DNA from: Botryllus schlosseri
Taxonomy: Eukaryota
Length of the DNA: 64,000 bases
Direction: 5' to 3'
Assembly (NCBI GenBank): GCA_051294905.1
Contig: CM119373.1
Span: forward strand, 30,070,001 to 30,134,000
Part shown: positions 13,243 through 24,807 of the stretch, piece after piece
How the letters are laid out: each line of letters opens with the position of its first letter
How positions within the stretch are numbered: the stretch's first letter is position 1
Translations under genes and position numbers: made by a program
Notes under the pieces: generated by a model
What the model was told of the DNA's origin: nothing
The model's database searches: none
Seen by the model: only the letters and a program-made list of their open reading frames with translations

Positions 13243-15365
13243 TTGAGTACACGCTGCTGAGATACGAGACTTCATGATTGTTATTTCGTTATTGCGGATC
13301 GGGGTCAACAACTGCGGTTCAATGCGAGAGTCTTCTAAAATTTGGGCTCTCGTTCATTCGCTTCGAGGAAGTGTTGACGGTAGGAAGTGTTCGCTAGACA
13401 GCTCGTCGATTCTTCTGACAGGTAATAGCAGGTTGCTGCGTTTGCTGAACATGTAGGCCTAGTTCAACAATCAACATGTTAATCTTTCTGGTTTCGGAAC
13501 TTGAGAATCTTGATCCGTATTGCGGTTTGCAAGACTGTTACCTGCCGTTGCAGCTATGCCTATCATATAACAACTTGTGTGCACTACGGAGCGTCTCTGG
13601 CCACCCGCCCGTTCCTACCATTGATTGCAAATCTTTGATCTATGGATCTCTCAACTGTTACTCCTCATACAATAGGCTACCTTGCGTGTGTACTATCATG
13701 TACTGGCCTGAGTAAGCTTCCTAAATGCTATGGCCTACCGACCGTTCCTGCTATTTCGGGCCACATCCTCTATCCTCTATTGCAGTGGTTCTCAACCGCC
13801 GGTCCGCGGACCGGTGCCGGTCCGCGACGACTTTCGTGCCGGTCCGCCAGGTAAATTTCAAGATGAAGGTTTGTCTAATTGATAAAATAAAAATAAAGCA
13901 TCAAATTTTAAACTGAATCAAAACTTCGTGAGGTAACATTAGGTCTGGAAACATGTTCGATTTGATTTGAAATTCAAGCAGTGTCATTTGACGAAATGCG
14001 AGCGACAAGTACAAGCTTACTCACTAAGTCGCGCAGTTTGGGCGATCATTCGCTTTCGAATAATTCATTTTGTGCGGGACCGTAACTGCCGCATCTCAAT
14101 CCCCGCAATTGGAGCGGGTCTGAGCTTTAAGAGGACCTAAAATTATTGCGTGGATGAACATAAATTATTGAGTATTAACTTGATCGAACTTTTTTCAAAT
14201 TTTTCCGCGGCCTGTGCGATTTATTGCCACTAACTGGGTGCCATTCCGTCAAGAAACACACGTGATTTATAGACACAGGCATTTCAGCGTCAGTCAACGC
14301 ACCAACATATAATAAACTTTAGGCTAACATGCGACTCCGAAAAGTGTGTCAAAACATTCGCCAGCAAGAAAACCTTGGTCGACAACGAATGTCCTTTGTT
14401 GACCGAAAATCTCAATATATATATATCCAATTGTCCATTGCCCAAATTTACATCAACAAATATGCAATTACCAACATTATTGACCGATTCAGTCACAATT
14501 TATAAAGAAAAATGTTCGCGCTTGGTGCGATTAGGTTACGTAAACTCTCTGGCTACAATGAATAAAATGAATGTGCTCACAATTCCTGGTGAAAACATCC
14601 ATTCAACTATCGGGGCGAAACCCCCAGAAGTTTGGTTTATTACCCTGTGGATGGCTCATGACCAACGTTTCTTTGGGGGTGGGCTGAAGAAGAGCTTTTT
14701 TGGGCGTGATTTTGTGGATGGCAAGGTATAGCTGTTGCCGGGTGCTCACCCTGCTCACGTGCGCCGTATTGTATTCCTAATAGCCAGAGCAGCTAGCCTA
14801 CGTCTGGTGTGGTAGTGGGCAATGAGCAAGGTACCAGAAGATGCTTGGTTCGACTGCGAAACACTTCTTCTCTCGATAATGTCGAAGAGAATAATATTAC
14901 TCGAGTTAGCGTGGTCGATTAAATCCGCGGCCTTCGGCGCGAAGGACTGTAAACGACTCTCGGACGTCACGTTTATCTGGGCAAGGCAAATTTACCTCGA
15001 CTCGGCAGACTCGATCACTATCGTAAAATCACATGGATGCCATCATGAACATAATTAATTACGGTCAAAACCCTCAAATCACCAGTCTCCATCACACCAT
15101 ATACTTGCAATAAAACGTTTGTTTACTTTACATTGGATTGATTTCAATTTTTGAAAATCCACCGGTCCGCCAAATATTTTTTGAAGTTTTACCGGTCCGC
15201 GAGGTGAAAAAGGTTGAGAACCACTGCTCTATTGTACAGCACTTGCTTGCAGATTACTCTGTATGCCTGTGGATCTAAATCAGAGCGTCGATTGAACCCG
15301 TCAGGGTTGCTGCGAGTAAATGCGGTTAACAAGATCGCCGTGTAACAAAAAAAAATAGGATTCAA
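13243..15365. repeat. Copy 1 of an unclassified ~700-bp dispersed repeat, split by the hAT insertion
   Basis: 13243-13782 joined to 15235-15365 aligns co-linearly with 15993-16670 (shared CCACCTTGAG..CACGCTGCTGAGATACGAGACTTCATG through CAGGGTTGCTGCGAGTAAATGCG). Confidence 0.8.
13783..15226. mobile_element. Non-autonomous hAT (Charlie-like) transposon, 1444 bp
   Basis: TIR CAGTGGTTCTCAACC / GGTTGAGAACCACTG, subterminal ACCGGTCCGC repeats, perfect 8-bp TSD CTCTATTG. Confidence 0.95.
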
Positions 15366-15992
15366 AACTGCTTTTATTCAAACCTACAAGGCGCAAGTCA
15401 ATAATAATGTATCTTCATTACCGGTACCTTGAGGCACTCGTATGGATATCCTGGTTCACCACTATCTCGCTATTACCGGCAGTCCGGTACCGATCAACCA
15501 ACAGCAAACTGTAAACCTTTCAGCCTGCCATTGATGAAGTTCTATTTCTGGGTTCGCAAAGATATAAAATATATCTATTTCTACCGCTTAGAAAGCCTGC
15601 TAATTCACGGAAAGATAAAAAAATATTCCATCTACGTCTTCAACATGAACCAATATACAGTCATCCCGGTCGCGAGAAACATTGGACCATGATCCGCGAC
15701 AACCAAGCCAAAGCGCGCACTGAACTACATTTTCCAAAGCGCGCACTGAACTACATTTTAAACGACCTCCAGCGGTTCACGTTACGATGATGGTGCTTCG
15801 GAAAAATTTCCTGAGCTCCAGTTTGGGTTCAAAACATGTTGGTGCATACGGCCGATAGAGAAATCTCAACTTTAATCAAATAAATAACTTTGATATCCAA
15901 GCCAAAGCCATAGCCAGCCTATATAAAAGTATGGTAAAGAAGCTCGAAATGTCATGTGGCCTCCAATTCAGGTTTAGAGTGTGAGTGGTTCC

Positions 15993-16670
15993 ACCTTGAG
16001 TGCACGCTGCTGAGATACGAGACTTCATGATTGTTAATTCGTTGATTACGGACAACCGGGGTAAACACCTGCGATCCATTGCGAAAGTCTTCTAAATTTT
16101 GGCTCTCGTTCATCCGCTTCGCGGACGTGTTGGTGGTAGGACGTGTCGGCGGTAGGACGTGTTTGCTAGACAGCTCGTCGACGTTTCTGACAGGTAATAG
16201 CAGATTGCCGCGTTTGCTGAACATGTACTTCAACGTGGATATATCTCTGGTCTCGGAACTTTATAATCTTGGCCCTTATTGGTATTGGGGTTAGCAAGAT
16301 TATTACCTACCGTTGACACCTGTGCCTACGTCCTCTATCTATTATCACATACTACCTTGTATGCGCTCTGGGGCGTCTCCGGCCACACACCCGTTCCTAC
16401 TATTGAGTGCAAACATCTTCTTGTGTACTATTATGCACTAGCCTGTGTAATTTTATGCCCTAGCCTGCGTAAACTTTGTAAATGTTGTGACTTACCGACC
16501 GTTCCCGCTGTTTCTTGCCATATCCTCTATCTATAGATAAATATCTACACTTGCTTGTACATTATTCTGTATGCCAGCGGCTCTCAATCAGAGCACCGAT
16601 TCAACCCGCCAGGGTTGCTGCGAGTAAATGCGTCAAACAAGATCGCCGTATAACAAAAATTTAGGATTCA
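15993..16670. repeat. Copy 2 (uninterrupted) of the ~700-bp dispersed repeat
   Basis: Direct, diverged copy of 13243-15365; it shows the empty-site form lacking the hAT insertion. Confidence 0.8.
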
Positions 16671-17519
16671 ATTTCTTTTTTTGAGTGGCTCAATAGCTGG
16701 TTCTGTTATTGTTTACCTGATCAAGACACGCGATGTGCGATGCAATGCACTCTTTAAAAATTGTGTCATTCAACTATTGTACGACACACACACTCGGGTG
16801 AGGACTGAGGAGTCTGGTTTAAGAGTTCACTTAACGAACAAACGAACAACTAAGAGTTCACATCACTTAACGAGCAACTAAGAGTTCACTTAAAGAACAA
16901 CGAGTTTACTCTTCAAACCATCTCCCGAGCCGCATTCTCTTATTATGCTGCGGGCCGGACCCTTTCGTTTGACGAGCCGTAGGTTGCCGACCCTTCCTTT
17001 ACAACAGTGCTTCCCAAACTTCTTCAAGCTACCCGCTCTGTGGACGGATGACGAACAAAGTGCCAGCGCCCTCCGACACCCCTTCAACACGCCTATAGCT
17101 GGAACGAAAGTGTTCTGCATTTATTACAGCTAGTGATGGGCACGGATGACGCTGGTGCATTGTTACTATGATCGCCATATTCCATATTGGGTGTGACTTT
17201 TGATGGTAACAATCTTACTCTAAAATTTCCAGTGTCCACGTCCCGTACTGTCACAACTCCGTTTCTGCTGTGAGCGGGGAAGGGCCACGGCGAAAAAGTC
17301 AACACGACTCCAATGAGAGTTTCTATTTGATTCAATTGTTTATCCAGAACGAATGATTGTAGAATGGAGATGGAACTTTGGAACAATTGTTCTACACTAC
17401 GATGTAAACCTCTGCAATCATTTCATATTCGGAAACTTCACAGAATGGATGATTGATTATCCAGTGTGGAATTCCTAATTGTATATATCTAAACCCCGGA
17501 ATCAAATCACCATATCCTG

Positions 17520-18060
17520 TGCAATTTTCTGAAATGATGATTGTCCATCAAAATAGGGGTCTTCGAGCTGAACCGGCAGCCCATGCCGTCACGATTCTGC
17601 CGACCTTCCAATTCGAGCGCGCGTATCCGTCGTCCGCAATTAAACAAACGTCTCCGACGTTTGGAACAGAATGTTCGAAAACCTGGCTCATTTAGCAATT
17701 GGTCGACCACTGCGGCATCTACCTAATTTTCCGGCCAAATCCAGTGTCAACGTCTCGAAGCGATTTCGCTATCTTCAAACGCTGTTGCGTCATTTCTGGT
17801 CGAGATGGTCGAAGGAATATCTCCCGACGTTGATCAGAAGAAAGAAGTGGGTTTTCGAACAATCTGTTCCAAACGTCGGAGACGTTTGTTTAATTGCGGA
17901 CGACGGATACGCGCGCTCGAATTGGAAGGTCGGCAGAATCGTGACGGCATTTAAAAAGCAAAGATGGCCTCGTGAGGACGTTCAAATTGAAAACGGCCCG
18001 CGGATTTCTTACGAGACCCATTCAAAAACTCCACTTACTGGAGAGAGACTATTCGGTTGA
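17520..18060 (+). pseudogene. BEL/Pao pol 3' fragment (pre-integrase Zn region relic plus DUF5641-like C-terminal domain; integrase core deleted)
   Basis: RFRYLQTLLRHFWSRWSKEYLPTLIRRKKW...PNVGDVCLIADDGYARSNWKVGRIV is the typical BEL/Pao C-terminus. An upstream relic reads RAEPAAHAVTILPTFQFERAYP. Confidence 0.9.
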
Positions 18061-18072
18061 CTGTGACCAGTC

Positions 18073-18274
18073 AAAAGGGGGGGGGGGTGGATGTTAGCGC
18101 GTGCGTACGGCATTACCTTGTTTCGTGTGTATTTCTATTTAATTACTGATCGGTGTAATCGTCATTATCACGCGCGTTTTTCTTTCCCTATATATTCAAT
18201 TGGTAGAACTGTTTTGTTGGTTACTGTGTAAGGACGGTTGGAAGATTGCGGACCAAGCATTGTTATAAATCCTA
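18073..18274 (+). mobile_element. Polypurine tract and start of a BEL/Pao 3' LTR
   Basis: AAAAG(11)TGGA directly after pol, then TGTTAGC.. from 18092. About 75 bp of the core is shared with 36468-36602. Confidence 0.8.
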
Positions 18275-18500
18275 CACTGTAAAAAATCTGGTAGATTTAC
18301 TGGGAAATCTCTGTAAATTTTACCACGAATTACAGGTCGCAGCAAATTACTGCGCGTAGCTTGTCATTTTACATTTTGATACGTAATATTACCTTAATAT
18401 GGCTGTAAAGTAAGTTACCAGAATTTCTTCGCAAAATTACTGACAGTTACTCGTTACTGCAGTTTACCGGGCTATTGGCAAAATTGATTAGCATCAAAAT
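18275..18500. mobile_element. Left end of a CACTG-type (EnSpm-like) non-autonomous element interrupting the LTR
   Basis: Starts CACTGTAAAAAA, followed by many TTAC/GTAA subterminal motifs. No matching right TIR was seen. Confidence 0.5.
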
Positions 18501-19959
18501 CGCTGCTGCAGCCAGTGTATACGTAGAATTGAATGTTACTGATATATCATTCTAGAGGTGATTTGACCTTATTGAACCTCGTTTGCGAGACTGGGGTCTG
18601 TCACACCGAAATTGTTGGCCCTAGTATCAATTTAAGCTTAGTAGGGTACAAGAAATAACTGACAATCGTAGCTAATGTGGTATACCGTAGCCATATTATA
18701 TTATAAGGCAATGGCTGTACGGCCAGTCTCGCTGGTTACATTCGTTGCCACGGATAAGGCTGATAAGTTAGAAAATTAGTTCAAAATGTATAATATTGCT
18801 CGGGGAAACTAGAAATATCAGCACCGCATGCTCAGCTGACCATTTGTTAATGGCGGACAACGCGACCTGTAATAGGTTACATTAGGTGACTGCTTTTTCT
18901 GAGATTCGTAGTAAACAACCAACGCACAACTGTGACATCACAAGCAGCGTCTGGTTAGGTAAGTACAGTAAGTAGTGAACAACACATAGAATATATATCA
19001 ATTTATACGAAATTAGATGAAAAAAGGAACTATGTGCAATGCTAAATGTTTCTGTATGGAAAAAACGACCCAGATCAAACATTATAACGTGGCCAGTAAA
19101 TATTATCGGTGTCATGTGTCAGCGGATGAATACCATTTACTTCAAAATCGTTCGAGTGTCGTCTGGCCAGTGGCCATTAGTGAGATTTGAGCAAAGGGTG
19201 GAGCGAAGCTTGTTGTGCTTGAAGAAAGTGGACGCGATCGTTGAAGATTCCTAGGAATGCTGAATGGAATACGCATCTTAAAAGGTAATACAGTGCTACA
19301 TAGTATTTGTTACCGTGAATATCTGACTCTGCACACCAGCCCTCGATGACTTAGATTTCATGATTGATATATTTCATTCGCCGCATTCTCTGTTCTATTT
19401 TGGGATATTTGTCGACTTATATAGTGACCACATACTCCGCTGCGGAGGAGTTGAAACTGTTGGCTTGGTAATGTCATTTTCTGGCCATAGCATAGACATG
19501 TTTTCATCCACTGCTGGATTTGTTTGCCACACAAGCCACCTTAAATTAGGAACCTTTTGCTTCAATACAGAGATAGCGTCATGAATCTCTGCTATGTCAT
19601 GTAAAAGGCGGAGCCGTCATCACACAATGTGCCAGTACCGGTACTTCAAAACATGTTATATTTTTGTTAGCCCATTTGTCTTAGTCTTTATGATGTCATG
19701 TCCACTGTCCAGGTTAGGAACTTTGCTTTATATAGCGACTTACGCATGAATTCTTTTTAGTGGAACTGCAAGATACTACTTACACAGAAGGAATGAGAAC
19801 GAGAAAAAGAAACAATTGGAAGTTTGGCCGGTGGTGGAATTAATTCACGTTTTCTTGAGACCACTCGTGTTACTGCATGTCTTCTAAAGAAGAATTAGAC
19901 CTCCAGCAGCAATATTTTTCCATCGATAACCACTTCATCGTGATATCATGAATGAATAT

Positions 19960-21237
19960 ACAGTTTGTTCCAATGTGTAGTGTGTAGGTGGAAATAGCGT
20001 TGAAGAGGTTGTCTGCAAGCAACAGAAGTTGGATGAGTTTTTCAAGGACGGTGGATGGACATTGGTCAAATTTGCGTCCAATAATCGAGAAGTCATGGAC
20101 TGCATTCCTGAGGAAGCTCGGTTACCGAATTGCATTCTCGATGACGCTAACAATGGTGAAGCCTCGTCTCTCGTTTTGAAATGGCATACGACGCAGGATG
20201 TCATGTATTGTAATGTAAAACCCAAACTGCTTGAGCTGGATAAAATCGTCACAAAACGATCTATTTTGAGTACGCTCAGTCAAATCTACGACGTGTTTGG
20301 ATTTTTTTCAGCATTCGTTATCACCGCAAAGATTTTGATGCAAGAATTGTGGAAACGAAAACTCGATTGTAACGATTCGGTGGACGACGCACTCGCCGAT
20401 AAGTATCGACAATGGACCGACGAGCTGTCGATTCTACAGTCCATCAAAATTCCACGGTACCTTTTTTGTCGAATACGTTCTCCAAATTCCCTGCAACTCC
20501 ATGGTTTTGCTGATGCCTCTGAAAGTGCTTACGGGGCCGTAGTCTACATTCGAGCTGAAGATGACGTAGGCAATATTCAGACCCAGTATTTGATTGCTAA
20601 AACGAGAGTGGCCCCATTGAAATCAATATCGGTTGCGCGACTCGATCTAATGGCAGCCCACTGTCTGGCTAAATTAACTGGATACGTTTTGGATGGGCTG
20701 AGTTCTGAAATTTGTATTGATAAAGTCTATTTGTGGCTCGACTCCGAGATAGCTCTGGCATGGATTGCCAAGCCAAGTTCACATTGGAAAACGTTTGTGA
20801 GGAACAGAGTTCAGGAAATTTATGATCTCGTATCCCCACACGCTTGGAGACATTGTCCAGGCATCGAAAATCCAGCAGACGACCATAGCCGCGGCATGGC
20901 GCTTCAGGAATTGAAGAGTTGTTCAACCTATTGGCACGGACCGGGTTGGCTGAGGTCTGAAGAGTCGGACTGGCCTGTCAAATCGCATCTAGACCAACCG
21001 AATCCGCAAGTCGACACAGAAACCGCAACTACTCGCGTGTTAGTGAACATCACACAGCCACTACAGCCACTAATTCCTTTTTATGTGGATCGCTACGGTA
21101 ACTATTCTAAAATTGTTCGTATTACAGCGAGAATCTTGCGTCGGCGTCATCGTGATTACATGAAAATGGACCCAGAGTGCATTGTACAGTCGTCGTACTT
21201 GTGCGGTTACAGATTTGTGTACGCTTCTGAGTACTGA
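19960..21237 (+). pseudogene. BEL/Pao pol fragment: end of RT plus Pao RNase H (Peptidase_A17-type) domain
   Basis: ORF 20029-21237 contains GGWTLVKFASN, TKRSILSTLSQIYDVFG, LHGFADASESAYGAVVYIR, AKTRVAPLK, WLDSEIALAWI, WKTFVRNRVQEI and WRHCPGIENPAD. Confidence 0.95.
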
Positions 21238-22389
21238 CTCGTCCGATCGTTTACATATTGGTGCGATTCTGTTGACTGGGTTCAGTCAAATGGGGGAGTG
21301 TTTGCGATTGCGCATGTTATTTGTTCCCTATTTGATGTTTTTAGAGGAATCAGTTTTCAATTCAACTGTCCTTATTTCTAGTTCGCTTTATCATTCTAAT
21401 TGTCTCATTTAATCCTGATTATTTGATTACTGTTCTATCATTCTAATTGTCTGATTTTAATCCTGAATATTTGATTACTGTTCTAATTTCCTATTCGCTT
21501 GCCTATATATTTTTCTTGTTGCTGTTGCAACCTCCTTTCTATCGAGCATCGGACGAGCAAGCACTATTGCGAATCTCGCTTGCAATAGCATTTTTGTACT
21601 TTCTAACAACGGAATCTCAAGTCTACATTATTCTTCGACTGGGGTCATTTGGTTGGATTAAATAGAATACAAGACTGATACGCAAGGTTTGCTTAGTCCA
21701 CGGTAGCAGATTTTGGTGCATCAGACAGGATTCGACGCCTGGTAAATCGGCACTCATTAAATCGGAATGTCGCGTCGAAACAGCAACTAAATAAAATTTC
21801 CGGTATGTAATACCTGGAAGGTAATGCTGAAGTGACCAAGTATTCCGGCAGAGTCAGAATGTCATATTCCGTTGAAAGGTATGTGCAATAAACTCGGAAT
21901 GAAGTGTATTTGATGTATAGATTTACTGTACTTCAGCAGGTCGTATTATTGTAAGTTAAAAATGGCCATAATTTCGAATTATTAGCCATTTCTGGTGAAG
22001 GTATTTACTGCATCACTGCAACGAATAGTAATGTATTGAGGATTCAGTGGAGCGCATTATTATTTGGAGTCTGTAATGTACATAATGTAAGAGTCATGTG
22101 AATTAATCATTACTGGACGGAATATTCCGACATCGCAACTTCTGTTGGTTCAGTACGTGACATACAATGTGCATTGTACAGCATGCATAATAAGAAAATA
22201 GTTCCCCACTCTTCTGTAGTACCCCATTCATCAATGAATTGTTTGAAGCTGGCCCAGAATGATTATATACTATTCCCCTCAATTGTGGATCAATCAAATA
22301 GTGTATGCGGGAATTCGATCATTGTGTCTCGCGAAGCGGATGGAGCAGCGGACGATCATAAAATACTCGGAGGTTTTAGCATATGATGT

Positions 22390-22710
22390 ACCAGAGCCGT
22401 AACTGCCGCACCCAAACCCCCAATTGGGGAGCTATAAAAGGCCCAAGATTATTTCGTTGGTCGTTTGTTATTAGAAGATATTCATTCAACACAGAATTTT
22501 CGTCACGTCACTTCGTACTCCCGAGATGTTTATGTTTCAATTTCATCAGTAAATTAGGAGAAAAATCCACATATTTAGCAGAAATAGGCATATCGGCGCC
22601 GTCGATTACCACGCATTGAACAGGATTATGACTTTAAGATTAGAGGTGGGCCACAGCACATTCTCAAACCGAAAAATGGGCCACGGCCAAGAAAGGGTTG
22701 AGAACCCCTG
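22390..22710. mobile_element. Right part of a Charlie-like hAT element
   Basis: Ends GGGCCACGGCCAAGAAAGGGTTGAGAACCCCTG. 22396-22460 resembles the internal sequence at 14075-14150 of the 13783 element. Confidence 0.65.
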
Positions 22711-22789
22711 GCCTAAAAGAACTTAAATTTGGCTAAATTTCAACTAGTACAAAGCAAGGCTATGAGTGAAAATTTTGAATAAATTACAA

Positions 22790-23486
22790 ATAGAGACTTT
22801 CGAATTTTACCGACTACCTCATGATATCGTTAGATGGTGTAAAAATACGATTCGTAGCAAATTTGGCTCAATTCCAAATAGAAGAAGCGAAGTTATTAGA
22901 GTGGAATGTTTTGGATATGAACAAATAAATAGTCGGCATTTTTTAACCACACTGAAGAGCATTGGATACTCATTCTTTCTAGTCGCCCAGAAATGCAAAG
23001 AATCATCGCCTTCAAATCTACACATGAGCTTATCAGTCTCTCCCCATAGTAATTGACCATCTGAGTCATTTCATTGGCTCTAATTAAACTTTGCTTCGAT
23101 TGTTTACTTGTATAATTGAAAAGTCTTGAGCTGAGGATCTATTACCTCTTCATCACTGGATGATTTTGTACAATGCATTGCTACTATGTATTGTCAGTTG
23201 GTTTTTCCGGCGGTATAGCTGATATTAGACGAGTGCAACGAAAGCAGTGGTGACAAATATCGATGCATTGATCTAACCATTACGATTCGCAAATTTCTTA
23301 ATCTTCAAGTCATATAAAATAAGCCGAGTCAATGACTTGAGTCGAGTCATGCGTAATGACTCGAGTACAAGTCGAATCAATCCAAATATTGACTCGAGTC
23401 GAGTCGAGTCATTTTCCCATTTCAAGAAAATGACTCGAGTCAAGTCGAGTCACAAAAAAATCGCGACTCGAGTCATTACAACCCTG
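22790..23486 (-). pseudogene. hAT transposase dimerisation-domain relic next to a GACTCGAGTC-rich hAT terminus
   Basis: DSLHFWATRKNEYPMLFSVVKK matches the hAT C-terminal DPLxFW..YPxL pattern. 23330-23486 is GACTCGAGTC-rich and ends CAACCCTG. Confidence 0.6.
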
Positions 23487-24807
23487 GAGACCGGTGACAA
23501 ATGTAACTAGGGGCAAATGTAACAATCGACCTCACCGCTAGTACGGTGGAGAAATCAGCTTGATATTTTAAGTGCGCATGCAGTAGGTATCTTTCCTATT
23601 ATACCTAGAGTTACGCTGAGCTACGAGTAAATATTTTCCGGTCTGAAATAATTTGTTTAGACGAATAGTACCTCAGGTGGTTAAAACGTAATATATGTAG
23701 CTGAGACAATGTTACCATAGTCTACCGTGATGACAGAAAGATTAGGACTTGCATCGCCGCGAAGGTACCTTACTGAGACACTAATCATGGTCGAGCGTGT
23801 CAGGGGCACACGTAAACACTCTGGTACTCTTGCCCCGTTACAATATGTTCTCAATTCTGGATGTCTTGGTTCATATGTTGGTATTAACATTTATATGCTG
23901 CAGAATAAGCCAGAAGTTCACAAGAACCGACACTACCTTGCGATACCAATTCTAACACGATCATCTGTCGAAGCGGCCATACAAAAGTAGTGATGTGAAT
24001 CTTGCGGTTCGGTTATTTACGTGATTCCACCACCCTTTCTCGTTTTGATCGACTTTCGGTGTGTCGACCTTCACTGGTCATTGGTCATGACTAAATCCTC
24101 AATCCCCTGACTTTGATTATGGCCCACTTACATTTTGACATTTTGATATTTGGTGTGAACAATTAATATTAATTTTGTACAGCACAGAAGAACGTCATTA
24201 TAGCTTTGACGCCACAAAATGCTGTGTCTTCGTTTTGCTACACTATCATCGGCCCATTCATTCAACCACGATATGTTGGCCAGGTCAGTTTGGCACCTTC
24301 GCAGGTGACCCAATGACCAACCCATTATGCACGCTGAGCAACATAACCTTGGTAGAAGTGGTCGAATATGTGTAAGGAGATGATGGAATGAATGTGTTTC
24401 TTTTACACTTTACGCTTGAACAAGATACGAATGGCGATATTGTATTCAGATGCCATGAATGCGATGGGGCGTAGCATGGAAGCGAAGCGTTCAAACGTTT
24501 CTTTCTTTAGTTCAATGCAATATTACAATTTGTGCCTCCGTTTTCGTTGTTCATTTCGTTTGTTTTTAGTTATAAATAACACTGTTATAATTGCCCCGAA
24601 TACAAGTGCCCCTGGGAAACGGGCGATTGTAACATTTGAGCGGCGAATTTCGCGACCCAAAGTTACCATGATTGATTGTTGATTGAGTTCCATTTTAGTT
24701 TTTATATCAACTATCGAGTTGTTAGCTTCTTTATATAAAACTTTGGAAATGAAACACGTAATGTTGGAAAATACAAAAAGTGTTACAATTGTCCCCGGTC
24801 TCCCCTA
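23486..24807. mobile_element. TA-target pogo/Tc1-mariner-like non-autonomous element inserted in the Helitron-like helicase
   Basis: Right TIR GTTACAATTGTCCCCGGTCTCCCC+TA (24782-24807); clipped left TIR GGAGACCGGTGACAAATGTAAC (23486-23507). The helicase reading frame (..PTGLLAATY) stops exactly at the TA. Confidence 0.75.

Noticed and set aside
18077-18087. Poly-G run as a novel G-quadruplex signal
   Set aside because: It is explained as the polypurine tract of the BEL element.
17520-21237. One intact BEL/Pao element
   Set aside because: The 3' pol end, PPT and LTR lie upstream of the RT/RNase H piece, so these are separate or rearranged fragments.
21975-22070. Ig-like motif GEGIYCITATNS
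   Set aside because: Too short, and the surrounding frame lacks the other Ig strands.
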